A stretch of DNA of 64,000 nt from Oopsacas minuta (lineage: Eukaryota > Animalia > Porifera), in assembly GCA_024704765.1 (NCBI GenBank), contig JAKMXF010000033.1, forward strand, positions 124,001 through 188,000. Direction: 5' to 3'. Made by a program: the position numbers and the translations under genes. The notes below the pieces were generated by a model. It was not told the DNA's origin and searched no databases. It worked only from the letters and a program-made list of their open reading frames with translations. The first letter of the stretch is position 1, and the number at the start of each line of letters is the position of its first letter. This document shows positions 25,886 to 36,493 of the stretch, in pieces.

Positions 25886-28843
25886 ATGCTTCTTATAATT
25901 AATGTAATTAGAATAGTATTATAGTGTAATGTTACAGAGAGGAGGCAGGAGTATCTTACACAGCTCTATACTGACTAATGGTAAGTATTATACTCATAAG
26001 ACAGGGACACAAACCAGACCAACTTAAAATCAGCGGTTTCCAACCTTTCCCATCCTTGAAACCACCCAAAATGCCATTTTAACACTTTCTGTGGAGCATA
26101 AATAGGTGTGAATCACTTCTTTAAATTCTACATTATATAGTTTGTAAGAGGAATGTCTCACAAGGTGTGAAACCTAGATTCTTTATGAAACAGAATATCG
26201 TCCTTATTGATGGAGCAAGGACCCCTTTCCTGACATCTGGTACAGATTTTAAGAACTTAATGCCTCATGACCTGGCTAGGTAAGAGAACTTCCTTCCCAT
26301 TATTATCCCGGTATATTAAACTAAGAGAGCTACTACAGTGGAGTTCTCTTGTATCATATTTGGCTAACACCTCTATACTATATGTATTATAGGAATGCTA
26401 TATCAGGTCTCCTCTCTCGTACTCAATTCTCTCCTTCTAATCTTGACTATGTGGTAGTAGGTAACGTAATACAGGAGGTATCTACATCCAATGTAGCTAA
26501 GGAAGCTGCCCTAGGAGCTGGAGTTCCTAACTCAGTCCCTTGTCACACCGTGTCACAAGCATGTATATCTTCAAACCAAGCTATAACCACTGGTGAGTTA
26601 ATTAAGAGGGTATCATTTTTGAACCTCTTGTCCAATCGTTTAGGTTCCAAGAAGGCAAGAACAAACTAATAATTGTATTTTTTAGGTCTAGGGCTTATTA
26701 CGAGTGGTCAGGCAGATGTAGTGCTAGCTGGTGGAACTGAAACTATGTCAGATGTTCCTATACGTGTGTCTAGACCTATGAGGAAGATATTATTGGAGTT
26801 CAATAAGGTACTTCCCAAGGTGTTAGTATTTTTCGCAGTCATTAATCATATAATAATTTAATAAATAACAGGCTAAAGCTACCGGCAAGAGATTGAGTCT
26901 AGCGTTCTCAGCTTTGAGCAAGCTGGGACTAGAATTACCTGGAATTACGGAGTTCTCTACTAACGAGACAATGGGACATTCTGGAGATAGACTCGCTGCT
27001 GCTTTTGGGATAACTCGTAGAGAACAGGATGAATATGCCCTCAGGTCCCATTCTCTAGCTCAAAAGGCTCAAAACGTAAGCTGTTTATTTGTTTGTTTGT
27101 TTGTTGTTATTATTTACTGTGTAGGAAGGCAATCTATCAGACGTGTTATCTATCATGGTACCAGGGATTAACAGGCCTGTTGATAAAGATAATGGTATCA
27201 GAGTGTCAACTATTGATAAACTTGGACAACTAAGACCCGCATTCATAAAACCTCACGGGACCGTAACACCAGCTAATGCTTCATTTCTGGTCAGTTGGAA
27301 TATTAATTATTTGTATTATTCAATGATAATTATAAAAGCAATTAACACCTCATCAAATAATTTATCATATGATTAATCCTCTTTTAACACTGCTTTATTC
27401 TCTACTACAATTATACACATGACCTACATGCATATTGATATTATTAACTTATAAATGAAGGTAAATTCATGTAAATAACCATAGCCCTTCTAGGCCTTCT
27501 AGCCCTTCTAGCCCTTCTAGCCCTTCTAGCCCTTCTAGCCCTTCTAGGCATTACCTTCTATCTGTCTGTTAGACAAATATCATTGCTCCTCAAATCTAAT
27601 ACTATCCCTTCCATGCAATATCCTACAGATATCTATTATACTACTAATCAGCATTTATGGGTTCTTCTATTGCATTGGATGGGGATCGATAGTTTTGGTG
27701 GCTGTATGGTAAACTTCTTCATAAACATCATCTCGCTATTTCTGTCGGTATTCTTGCGTGTATTTACTTCATTACTTCTATTTCTAATCAAATTATCGGT
27801 CCTATCATTGCTGAAACTTACGGAGATCATGTTTTGTTTATTGTTTATTTTGTTATTTGTTGTTTTGCTTTATTTACCCGATTATTTATTGAAACTATAG
27901 GTACAAATTCAAATAATTTGCAGCTTAATATTGCTAATAAAAACTACATTCTTCACACATTTTCTGTTGTTATGAAACGCTAGTTTCTGTATGTTATATT
28001 TGTGTTACACAGACTGACGGTGGATCAGCTATACTAATGATGACAGAAGAGAAGGCCCTTGCTATGGGCTACAAGCCTAAAGCATATCTCAGAGACTTCT
28101 GTTACGCCGCACAAGACCCCAAGGATCAGCTGCTTCTTGGACCAACATATGCTACTAGTAAACTGTTGAGTAGGACAGGAATGTCTATTAATGATTTTGA
28201 TGTGTATGAATTGCATGAAGCATTTGCTGGACAGATCCTAGCTAATCTAACAGCAATGAATTCTGAGTATTTCTCTAAATCATTTTTAGGTGGAAAAAAG
28301 GTGATTATTGAGTGTTAAAATTGGGACACAATTATGTCACATATGAGCTATATTACTTGAGGTGCAATTGTGACACCTTTTCACGTTGCTATAAATTATA
28401 CATTGTCCCAGTTTGGATCTGTTTAGACCCCTCATATATCGTGTTTAGGTGGGAGAGCTACCGATAGAGAGACTCAATCTATGGGGAGGATCTCTATCGC
28501 TCGGACATCCATTCGGAGCTACAGGATGCAGGCTAGTTACTACAGCTGCTAACCGTCTGAGAAAGGAGAATGGAAAGTTCGCATTAGTAGCTGCTTGCGC
28601 TGCAGGCGGACATGTAAGTATATGATAATCTCGTTATTGAATATTAGAGTGGATACTGGTTATAAGAACGCATTGGGTGTAGTAATACATGCTCTCCTAA
28701 CCGTCAAAGTATGCAGGAATATTTGAGAACCATTTTCCAGAGGATTTCTTATATCCCGGCATGTTCTTATAACCGGCATCTACTGTATTTATTGAGTATT
28801 ATCCTAGGGTCACGCTATTGTGGTTGAGAGATATCCTAGTTGA
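25886..28843 (+). CDS. HADHB: Mitochondrial trifunctional enzyme beta subunit (3-ketoacyl-CoA thiolase); start codon uncertain
   Basis: [62 protein letters not shown]. Confidence 0.95.
27485..27983 (+). pseudogene. Frameshifted fragment resembling the last helices of an MFS sugar-porter, inside a HADHB intron
   Basis: Three successive frames read [13 protein letters not shown] / [19 protein letters not shown] / WWLYGKL...[35 protein letters not shown]. Confidence 0.45.
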
Positions 28844-29060
28844 TAATTAGATTAACTATTAACACCGAAAGGTATTCATATATTGATGTAATGTGTTAAG
28901 ACATTATTAAAAGAGACGAATATATATCTGATAGTTCTATTGAAGCTTTAATCCGCTCAATCGGGGCCTGGTTCGATGTGATCCTATTAATCGGAGTCTA
29001 CTGTACGTATATTCAAAATGATTAATTCTAATATTCTAAAATCAGTTCAAATTTCTAAAA

Positions 29061-31751
29061 TTAAAATCCAATTTTCCTTTTTGTCTTTTTAACCTTAGCA
29101 GTAGTATCAGCTGTTGAGCTCTCCTTATGTGGAGTAGTATTGATGGGAGGGAATTTACTGAGAGGAGATTCGTAATCGTCTGGGACTGAAAAGTTTGAAA
29201 ATGAAGGAAGGTTGTCGTAATTAGGAAATGTAGAGTAGGTGTTTGAGAAATCTACCCATTCCATCGGCCATTCTCCGTCGCTAGAGACATCTTGTTCTAT
29301 TTCATTCTGGCTTGTTTCATTGATGAAGTCAACTTGAGAATCTTTTCCTTGTGAGTATATTTTGGAACCTTTTTCAGGGAAAGGTTGAGATAATATTTCT
29401 TCTGGCTCTGTTGGGATAATTTCATTTTCTGAATTACTATTTATTATTTCTATAATTTCACCGTCCATGTCCTCATGAATTGGCTCCAGATATTCACTGA
29501 TTTCTTGTAAAGTTGTGTTATCGTCTGTGACAGGCTTTTCAATTACTGGACTATTTGTATCAGCTGACCAGCTCTCCCAGAGATTTGTAAATAACTCAGA
29601 ACAATTATTAGCTAGTCCAGCTATCGGTTTCCAAGGCAATTCATAGGAATCTTTATCGATATTAACAAAATCATCGATTGATAGCAAGCAACTGCAGTCT
29701 GGTGCTACAACGCTATCAGGTAGAACTCTGAGATATTTCATAAATCTTCTTCGGTTACGTTTTTCTAACTTCCCCTTTCGTTTCGATTTAATAATTCCTT
29801 TAAAAGATACTCTCGTGTATCGGAGAACTGGTATGCTATTCCCGAAATCGCACTTCGCCCAATTCGAGTATTTCGGCCAGCCTGACTGGAAGTATAGTTT
29901 GTTAAGCGAAGGAAAGTTCTTCGTATTGAATGGTAATTTTAATTCATAGCAAGTAAAGCATTTTTCTTCTTCCAAAAACATCCAACTTAGGAGTTTATTA
30001 GAGTGAAAATATTCCATAGATTCTATCAAAAAATCAAAATATATCTCTGTTACTTTGAAGTTAGAGAAATATTGATTCTTCCCCTGCTCCATCCATTTTA
30101 TGAGTGTCGTGTAGTCATAGTTAGTTGGTTTAATCAGGACACAATTGGGCTTAGAAATGGCACTGTTCTGTATTAACTGCTGCCAACTTAGATCACCACA
30201 TGCAGAGATAGTTATGATTATATTGTGAATAAAATCTTTGTTAGCACTTGGTAGAATACAAAGTGTATTTCCTGCACAGTCAGTTTCAAATCTTCTTCTA
30301 CATGAGAAGAATAGTTCTGGAGCAAGGAACGTGAGACTCTCCCCCAAGTTGTCCGACTGGAACAGCATTTCTGATTGAAAAGGTGGGTTTGGTACATCAT
30401 CAGAGGTAAGCCCCATCCCGCCGCTAAACGCAAACACCCTTAACTCACCATCTCTGTTATTAGTTAACACCTTCACCACATCTTCTGTTGTTCCTGGAAT
30501 ATGTAACATACTTAAGAACTCAATAGGACCAGTTATCTCAGGGCTAATGCTGAAATAAGGTGTGACTGGCTGACGTACATCCATCAAAAATATCCTTGTC
30601 AGGGTTGCTAATGCGAATATATAAGAGTTATTTGGGTGGCGTGATAGTGCTACGATTCGATCCTGTGTAACTCTGTACAATCTCTCGTAACAATTCAATT
30701 TCCCTTGTTTCAGTTGGCAAGCGTATACACTCTTCTCGTTAGCACAAACTACAAATCTTGGATGAGGTCCGTAGACTACTGTTATCCAAACATGTTCTTC
30801 TGGTAGAACTAATCTTGTACTCTCATTTCTGCTCACAATATACAAAAGTCCTTCTTGTAAGAGTACTGCAGCTTCGTTACGTATGTGTGGAGATAAATCA
30901 GTAGCAAGTATTACAGCTGGGAATTTAGCTTCTAAAGTTTGTCTGAAGGTTTCGTCGGAATTAATCGGGTTTGCTTCGAATATGTAATAGTAATAATCTG
31001 TCCTACACCCGAATATATTTCTACCATCAATATACATGTATTGAATAGATTTAATTCTGGAAATCAGCTGTTTCTCCCTGACTGTATCTACTTTAGGCAT
31101 ATCATATGGTAGTTCACAAGTTGTGCAACCATTTTCTGAACCCGTGACACTATTCTTCTCTGTGAATGTCAGCGATTTCATAACCACGCGGTCCAAATAC
31201 GAACCTGTCGCGTACACTATATATTTTCTAAACACTGTCTCTCTATTATCGAACAATATTATAATATTTGAACGTATTTCCTGATCTCTATTGTATTGCA
31301 GATCCTCGCATAACTCTTCTATCGCGTCATCACGTACATCAAATAACCCAATATTTCGCGTATACCTTTTCGTAATAAACTGGTGTTGCTCGATAGCGTC
31401 TGGATATTTTATCGGTTTCTCTAATCGCCATTCATAATCGATGTTGGGGCCTGCAAATGGTTGTGTTATGGTTTTTGCGAATAGGACAGTATTTTTTATA
31501 TTTCTTCTGAAAATTATACCTTTGCTAATATCAGTATCATCTATCATGACTTCATGATTCACAGTACAACCTCCAAACACCCCGTGATCTATGTGACTAT
31601 AACTACAGGGGTAGCCGATTGAAATGAGAATATTCTGGGTGTTATAGCTAAATGGTTTACCTCGGGATCTCTCCATCCTCTCGATGCGATCTGGTTCCAC
31701 CCATGGAATTCGGAATTGAGGGAATGAGAATTGTTTTCTTGTTGTCAACAT
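29061..31751 (-). CDS. TAF1C: TAF1C/Rrn6-like RNA polymerase I initiation factor subunit, intronless
   Basis: WITVVYGPHPRFVVCAN and IFLMDVRQPVTP resemble TAF1C HPR and DxRxP motifs in a beta-propeller-like region; 896 aa. Confidence 0.6.
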   Translation of the reverse strand: MLTTRKQFSFPQFRIPWVEPDRIERMERSRGKPFSYNTQNILISIGYPCSYSHIDHGVFGGCTVNHEVMIDDTDISKGIIFRRNIKNTVLFAKTITQPFAGPNIDYEWRLEKPIKYPDAIEQHQFITKRYTRNIGLFDVRDDAIEELCEDLQYNRDQEIRSNIIILFDNRETVFRKYIVYATGSYLDRVVMKSLTFTEKNSVTGSENGCTTCELPYDMPKVDTVREKQLISRIKSIQYMYIDGRNIFGCRTDYYYYIFEANPINSDETFRQTLEAKFPAVILATDLSPHIRNEAAVLLQEGLLYIVSRNESTRLVLPEEHVWITVVYGPHPRFVVCANEKSVYACQLKQGKLNCYERLYRVTQDRIVALSRHPNNSYIFALATLTRIFLMDVRQPVTPYFSISPEITGPIEFLSMLHIPGTTEDVVKVLTNNRDGELRVFAFSGGMGLTSDDVPNPPFQSEMLFQSDNLGESLTFLAPELFFSCRRRFETDCAGNTLCILPSANKDFIHNIIITISACGDLSWQQLIQNSAISKPNCVLIKPTNYDYTTLIKWMEQGKNQYFSNFKVTEIYFDFLIESMEYFHSNKLLSWMFLEEEKCFTCYELKLPFNTKNFPSLNKLYFQSGWPKYSNWAKCDFGNSIPVLRYTRVSFKGIIKSKRKGKLEKRNRRRFMKYLRVLPDSVVAPDCSCLLSIDDFVNIDKDSYELPWKPIAGLANNCSELFTNLWESWSADTNSPVIEKPVTDDNTTLQEISEYLEPIHEDMDGEIIEIINSNSENEIIPTEPEEILSQPFPEKGSKIYSQGKDSQVDFINETSQNEIEQDVSSDGEWPMEWVDFSNTYSTFPNYDNLPSFSNFSVPDDYESPLSKFPPINTTPHKESSTADTTAKVKKTKRKIGF

Positions 31752-31884
31752 TATACATATATTGCTAGTGAATATATATATGGAGAAACCATATGGTCTA
31801 ATTAAGATAATGAATTGTACTGGCTAGATCTTAGTAATATTTCTAGAAAATCAGTAATTCAAAATTAATATTGTTTCACGAGTT

Positions 31885-33126
31885 TTATTGACTAAAAATA
31901 TGTAACCCAAAATTAGTATCGTAAGAACTACAAATAATCTTGTTACTGTTGGTTACTGCTATTCCGAAAGGGACAATTCTCTTGTCATCATCTTGTGTAT
32001 CTCCCAGTGTGTGAAGTAGATCTCCATCTAGAGAGAATACTTTGATATTTCTATCTGAATAGTCTCCGATCAGAATATTCTGTTTCTTATCAAAACAGAA
32101 TGTGTGTGCTACTTTAACTTGTGCATTACCCTGATCACTACGTGTGATAAAAGAGCGTAGCTTCTCACCAGCTGTAGAGAACACGTGTAGACACGGGTTG
32201 TCAGTAATACTCAGGACATACAATGAACCATCAAGTAGTTTAACATCTAGTGGCTTAGTCATGGTGTGATGTGTGATGTAATGTTGGTGTTTTAGCTTAG
32301 CATTCATCACTGCTATCCTGTCGTTATATTGATCTGCTACGAACACAGATCCGTCAATAGATACAGCGAGGCCCCATGGACTATTAAACTCTCCTACACC
32401 ATTTCCCTTCTTACCTACTTTAGTTACCAATTTGAAGTTTGGTAACTTAAAATGATATACGGAATGAAAGAAGGCATCACTGACGTATACATCCTCCCCA
32501 CTCATAGCTATGCCTCCTGGAAAACTAAACATTCCCTTACACACTGTTTTAATGTATTCTCCTGTAACAGAGAATACACTTATACGACCTGGAATATCAT
32601 GTGCTACGTATATGAGCTGTGTATTCTCATCGAATACTACTCCCAAAGCATTTGTAATTTCTCCATCATCTGTTCCTTTCTTCCCGACAGATATGCTAGG
32701 TTGTTGGAGAGCTGAGTAGTTTGGTGTCTGGATGATATCCCTCTCTATCAGCTGACCTAACACAGAGATACTCTCCTCTATCTGTTGTGCATCGTACTGA
32801 AACAGCACCTCTGTCTCCCTCACTGTAACCTGCAGCTCTCTCATCTTATCGTCCATTTCCTCAATCATCCTCTCTCTCATGGAGTGGAGCAAGTTCTCTT
32901 TCATCTGGGATTGTAGATTTGCTTTCGATTCCTGGAGCTGACGAATAGTTTGTTCACGTCCACTTACCGCAGCCCTTCTCTCTTCCCGTTTCTCTCGGAA
33001 CTCTCTAATTAGCTCAACCCGTCTTCTGTTGAGACAGAGTACCAGCTGATCAAACAGCTGATTGATACGTACCTCTGTCGAGTCCATGACTAAGGGAGCT
33101 TCAATTTGTGGATAACGTTCAGCCAT
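31885..33126 (-). CDS. Coiled-coil + NHL-repeat protein (TRIM-NHL-like, no RING/B-box), intronless
   Basis: N-terminal coiled coil; repeats FNSPWGLAV..GSVFVADQYNDRI, PGGIAM..DVYVSD. Confidence 0.88.
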   Translation of the reverse strand: MAERYPQIEAPLVMDSTEVRINQLFDQLVLCLNRRRVELIREFREKREERRAAVSGREQTIRQLQESKANLQSQMKENLLHSMRERMIEEMDDKMRELQVTVRETEVLFQYDAQQIEESISVLGQLIERDIIQTPNYSALQQPSISVGKKGTDDGEITNALGVVFDENTQLIYVAHDIPGRISVFSVTGEYIKTVCKGMFSFPGGIAMSGEDVYVSDAFFHSVYHFKLPNFKLVTKVGKKGNGVGEFNSPWGLAVSIDGSVFVADQYNDRIAVMNAKLKHQHYITHHTMTKPLDVKLLDGSLYVLSITDNPCLHVFSTAGEKLRSFITRSDQGNAQVKVAHTFCFDKKQNILIGDYSDRNIKVFSLDGDLLHTLGDTQDDDKRIVPFGIAVTNSNKIICSSYDTNFGLHIFSQ

Positions 33127-33804
33127 TGTTGAGTATATTTCTTGATATTAGTTTGTAATTACTTAAACAGATAGAATATCATTACTTATAGAACAGGACA
33201 GCTTATCGCTAGTACTGTCTCTTGTGTAATAGCATTTGTGTCTATTCAGCAGTTTCTAAGAAATATTATCTGTCTTTTGTAAGAAAGTTCTCCCGCGAGA
33301 TTCTAACTCGTGTTTGTTGGTTGTTAAGTTCATTCATAGAATTTAATATTATTTGTAATAGCTTACGAATTTGTGAATAATTCTAATTATTATTATTCCT
33401 TCCTCATTTACCTCCTGTCTACCTCGAGGTGTCTTTACAGTAATTAATTCGTTACGACAGATTAATTAGGAGATATTTCACTTTTGAAAGAATCAGAGTT
33501 TTCTTACGGATGCACTATTAACTTGGCAAAGGAATTCAATTATTTTGGCGAATGGTTAAAATTATACGCCCTATATATTGGTATCGTTTCAACATGTCCC
33601 TTTGTAGAGTATGGATCATATACTCAGACACATCAGGTACTTCACTACATCCACATATCCGTCCTCAGACATTCGTTTTCTTAGGATATCGGTTATACTT
33701 TTGATAGTTTGCTGCTAGCGTATCGAGCAAAAAGGTTGCAAACCTCCTCTCGAATAGTGCGATTTACTTAAAAATTCATTATATAATCAATAGCTTATAC
33801 TGTA

Positions 33805-34743
33805 ATGTCTGAGACCATTGGTAAAATTGTAAATTTCTGTATTCGCAATCAGAAACTTGGCTGTCTCGGTGGTTACAATCCTAGTCTCCTAACTCAAGAG
33901 CTCTCCCTTATAGAATCAGAAATGTTATCCTGTACTGAATGTGAAGGCATATTACGAGATCCACAACACGTTGACAACGGTTATAGGTGTAAGGAATGTA
34001 TGATGGATGGTGAGAAAGGTAAACTTGACGAGACGAAAAGTAGACTAATCGGGAAATTATCAGCAAAATGTCCGTTTAAAGAAGATGGCTGTGAATGGGA
34101 AGGAACCGTAGCAACATTTCTACAACATTCAGAGACCTGTAATATTATCGGAATCCCTTGTCCATATTATTCTTATGGCTGTAATATTGTTAAAACACGT
34201 AAAGAAATGGAAAAACACGAGGAACAGTTTTTGTTAATTCATCTTAAAATGATGAAGACACGAATTGATAAGATTGAGAGAGAGGTTAGAATAACAGGAG
34301 GGATAGAATGGGAGATCAGAGGGATCAAAGAACTTGTGTATAGAGGGGGAATCCAGTGGAGTTCTTGTTTTTATGTCGGGTTATATAAGTTTCAGATTTC
34401 TTTTCAGTATGAATATGAAAATGATCCGAATTACGTGGGTGCTCTCATCTACCTTTGTAATGGAGATTTTGACGAGGGACTTGAATGGCCTTTTTGTGGA
34501 AAATTCACGATGGAAATTGTCAACAAAACCGATCCGAGCAAGTCAATTACTTACAAGTTTGGTACAGAAAATGGAAAGATTGATGCATTCCTGAGACCTA
34601 GCAACGGTGATAACGGAGGATTTGGCTGCACAGACCTCGCAAGTTACGAAGATTTGTTATTGAAGTCTTTCTCAAAAGACAATTCTATTATTCTTAAAGT
34701 TTTCATCGAACACACACCAAAATGGAAAAGAAATTATTCATAA
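33805..34743 (+). CDS. TRAF-like protein (RING-like, TRAF zinc finger, MATH domain), intronless
   Basis: CTECEGILRDP...CKEC; CPFKEDGCEWEG; WEI, FYVGLYK, GDFDEGLEWPF, GFGC MATH motifs. Confidence 0.88.
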   Translation: MSETIGKIVNFCIRNQKLGCLGGYNPSLLTQELSLIESEMLSCTECEGILRDPQHVDNGYRCKECMMDGEKGKLDETKSRLIGKLSAKCPFKEDGCEWEGTVATFLQHSETCNIIGIPCPYYSYGCNIVKTRKEMEKHEEQFLLIHLKMMKTRIDKIEREVRITGGIEWEIRGIKELVYRGGIQWSSCFYVGLYKFQISFQYEYENDPNYVGALIYLCNGDFDEGLEWPFCGKFTMEIVNKTDPSKSITYKFGTENGKIDAFLRPSNGDNGGFGCTDLASYEDLLLKSFSKDNSIILKVFIEHTPKWKRNYS

Positions 34744-34999
34744 TTTTGAAAATTATTTTGTATCACTTTTTACAAATTTTTATATTTTTATTTTAGAGAT
34801 AATTATATTTTCACACCTTTTATAGAGGACACATTGGGAAATTCATTTGGCACAAATTTAAAATATTTCCCTTGTGTTAATATATATTTTTAACACCTTC
34901 TTAGGTTCAAATTTGGCTTTAAAATGTGCTATTTGGTCTCCTTGTATTTGATTTATTACATTCATAATATATGAATTCCAATGCAGCAACCAGATCACT

Positions 35000-36016
35000 A
35001 TGGAACCAAAATCAAACCAAGTGACTGTTCGTCCTACCACAGATGACTACATAAAGGTAGAGAAGATAGGAGAGGGGACTTATGGTGTAGTCTACAAAGC
35101 TAAGGACAAGCGGACGGGTGAGTTTGTAGCTATGAAGAAAATACGTCTAGAAGCGGACGAGGAGGGAATACCGTCGACAGCGATTAGAGAGATTTCTCTC
35201 CTGAAAGAACTGCAGTTTTTCAAACATCCATGTATAGTGTCACTACTAGAGATCTTACATGAAGACTCTAGACTGTACTTAGTATTCGAGTTTATGCAGA
35301 TGGATCTGAAGCGGTATCTTGACTCTATTCCCCCAGGTAATTAAGATATGTTCTGGAATTGTGCTCCCCTCACTGTCCGGTATATAAACTGTACTCGTAT
35401 AGATACCCCAATGGATCCTCTACTAATTAAGAGTTACATGTTCCAGATATGTATGGCTATATTCTTCTGTCATAGCCGTAGGATTCTACACAGAGATATG
35501 AAACCTCAAAATCTTCTAATTGATCAAGCTGGAGCTATTAAAATAGCGGACTTTGGACTGGGCAGGGCAATCGGTATTCCAGTACGCGCGTACACACATG
35601 AGGTCGTTACCCTATGGTACAGGGCTCCAGAGATCCTGCTGGGTGTGCAAAAGTATTCCTGTCCTGTTGACGTCTGGAGTATCGGTGCCATTTTCGCAGA
35701 GATGAGTAACAAACGACCTTTCTTTCACGGAGATTCTGAAATTGACCAACTCTACAGAATATTCCGGATGCTGGGTACCCCAACAGAGGAGACCTGGCCT
35801 GGGGTTACGACAATGCCAGAGTACAAAGGTGTATTCCCCAAATGGCCTCCTGGTCCCATGAATAAACATGTCCCCCGTATGGAAGAGACAGGAATTGATT
35901 TGATGAAACAAATGTTGATATATGACCCGGCACATCGCATCTCCGCGAAGAGATCTGTCGAACATCCTTACTTCTCTGATTTAGATAAGTCTAAATATGA
36001 AAATCTTTTGCCGTAG
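35000..36016 (+). CDS. CDK1: Cyclin-dependent kinase 1 (2 exons, intron about 35337-35401)
   Basis: [59 protein letters not shown]. Confidence 0.92.
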
Positions 36017-36493
36017 ATCTGAATTCCTGTTTGTTTAGTGTGTTTACTTATGTGATTATTTAAATTCTCAATTCATTGACTAGTAGTACTTATCATAGAG
36101 AGCACTTTGAAATAAATCTTCCTTCAATATTATTATTTATTAACTGCCCTCTCTCGATCCTCCCTCGGTTAGAATGAAGGAGATTCCATGAGAAATCTAT
36201 CCCCGGGGTGAGGTTATTGAAGTGATAACCTGTTATGAATTAAGTTCTTTTCAGAGCTGGTTATAAGAACACACTTGTGAGTAGCAATACATGTCCTTAT
36301 AACCGGTATAAGTATACAGGAAAATATGGTAATAGTTTTCCAGAAGACGATGCGTATATCCGTCATACACTGTATATTCCCTTTGGCCTCTGGAGTGCAA
36401 AATTGCCCCCCTCTGGATCAAAATAATATCCACATTTATACAAACAAAATACAGGAATAATATTAATAGTAAAAACTTAAAAATCAAAAATCC

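Noticed and set aside
27488-27547. Tandem repeats here and at 22430-22510 as possible CRISPR-like arrays
   Set aside because: No unique spacers and eukaryotic context; these are a minisatellite and MITE subterminal repeats
36251-36487. ORF with a signal-peptide-like start right after the Ig receptor stop
   Set aside because: Begins at TTG in AT-rich 3' sequence and overlaps a MITE fragment
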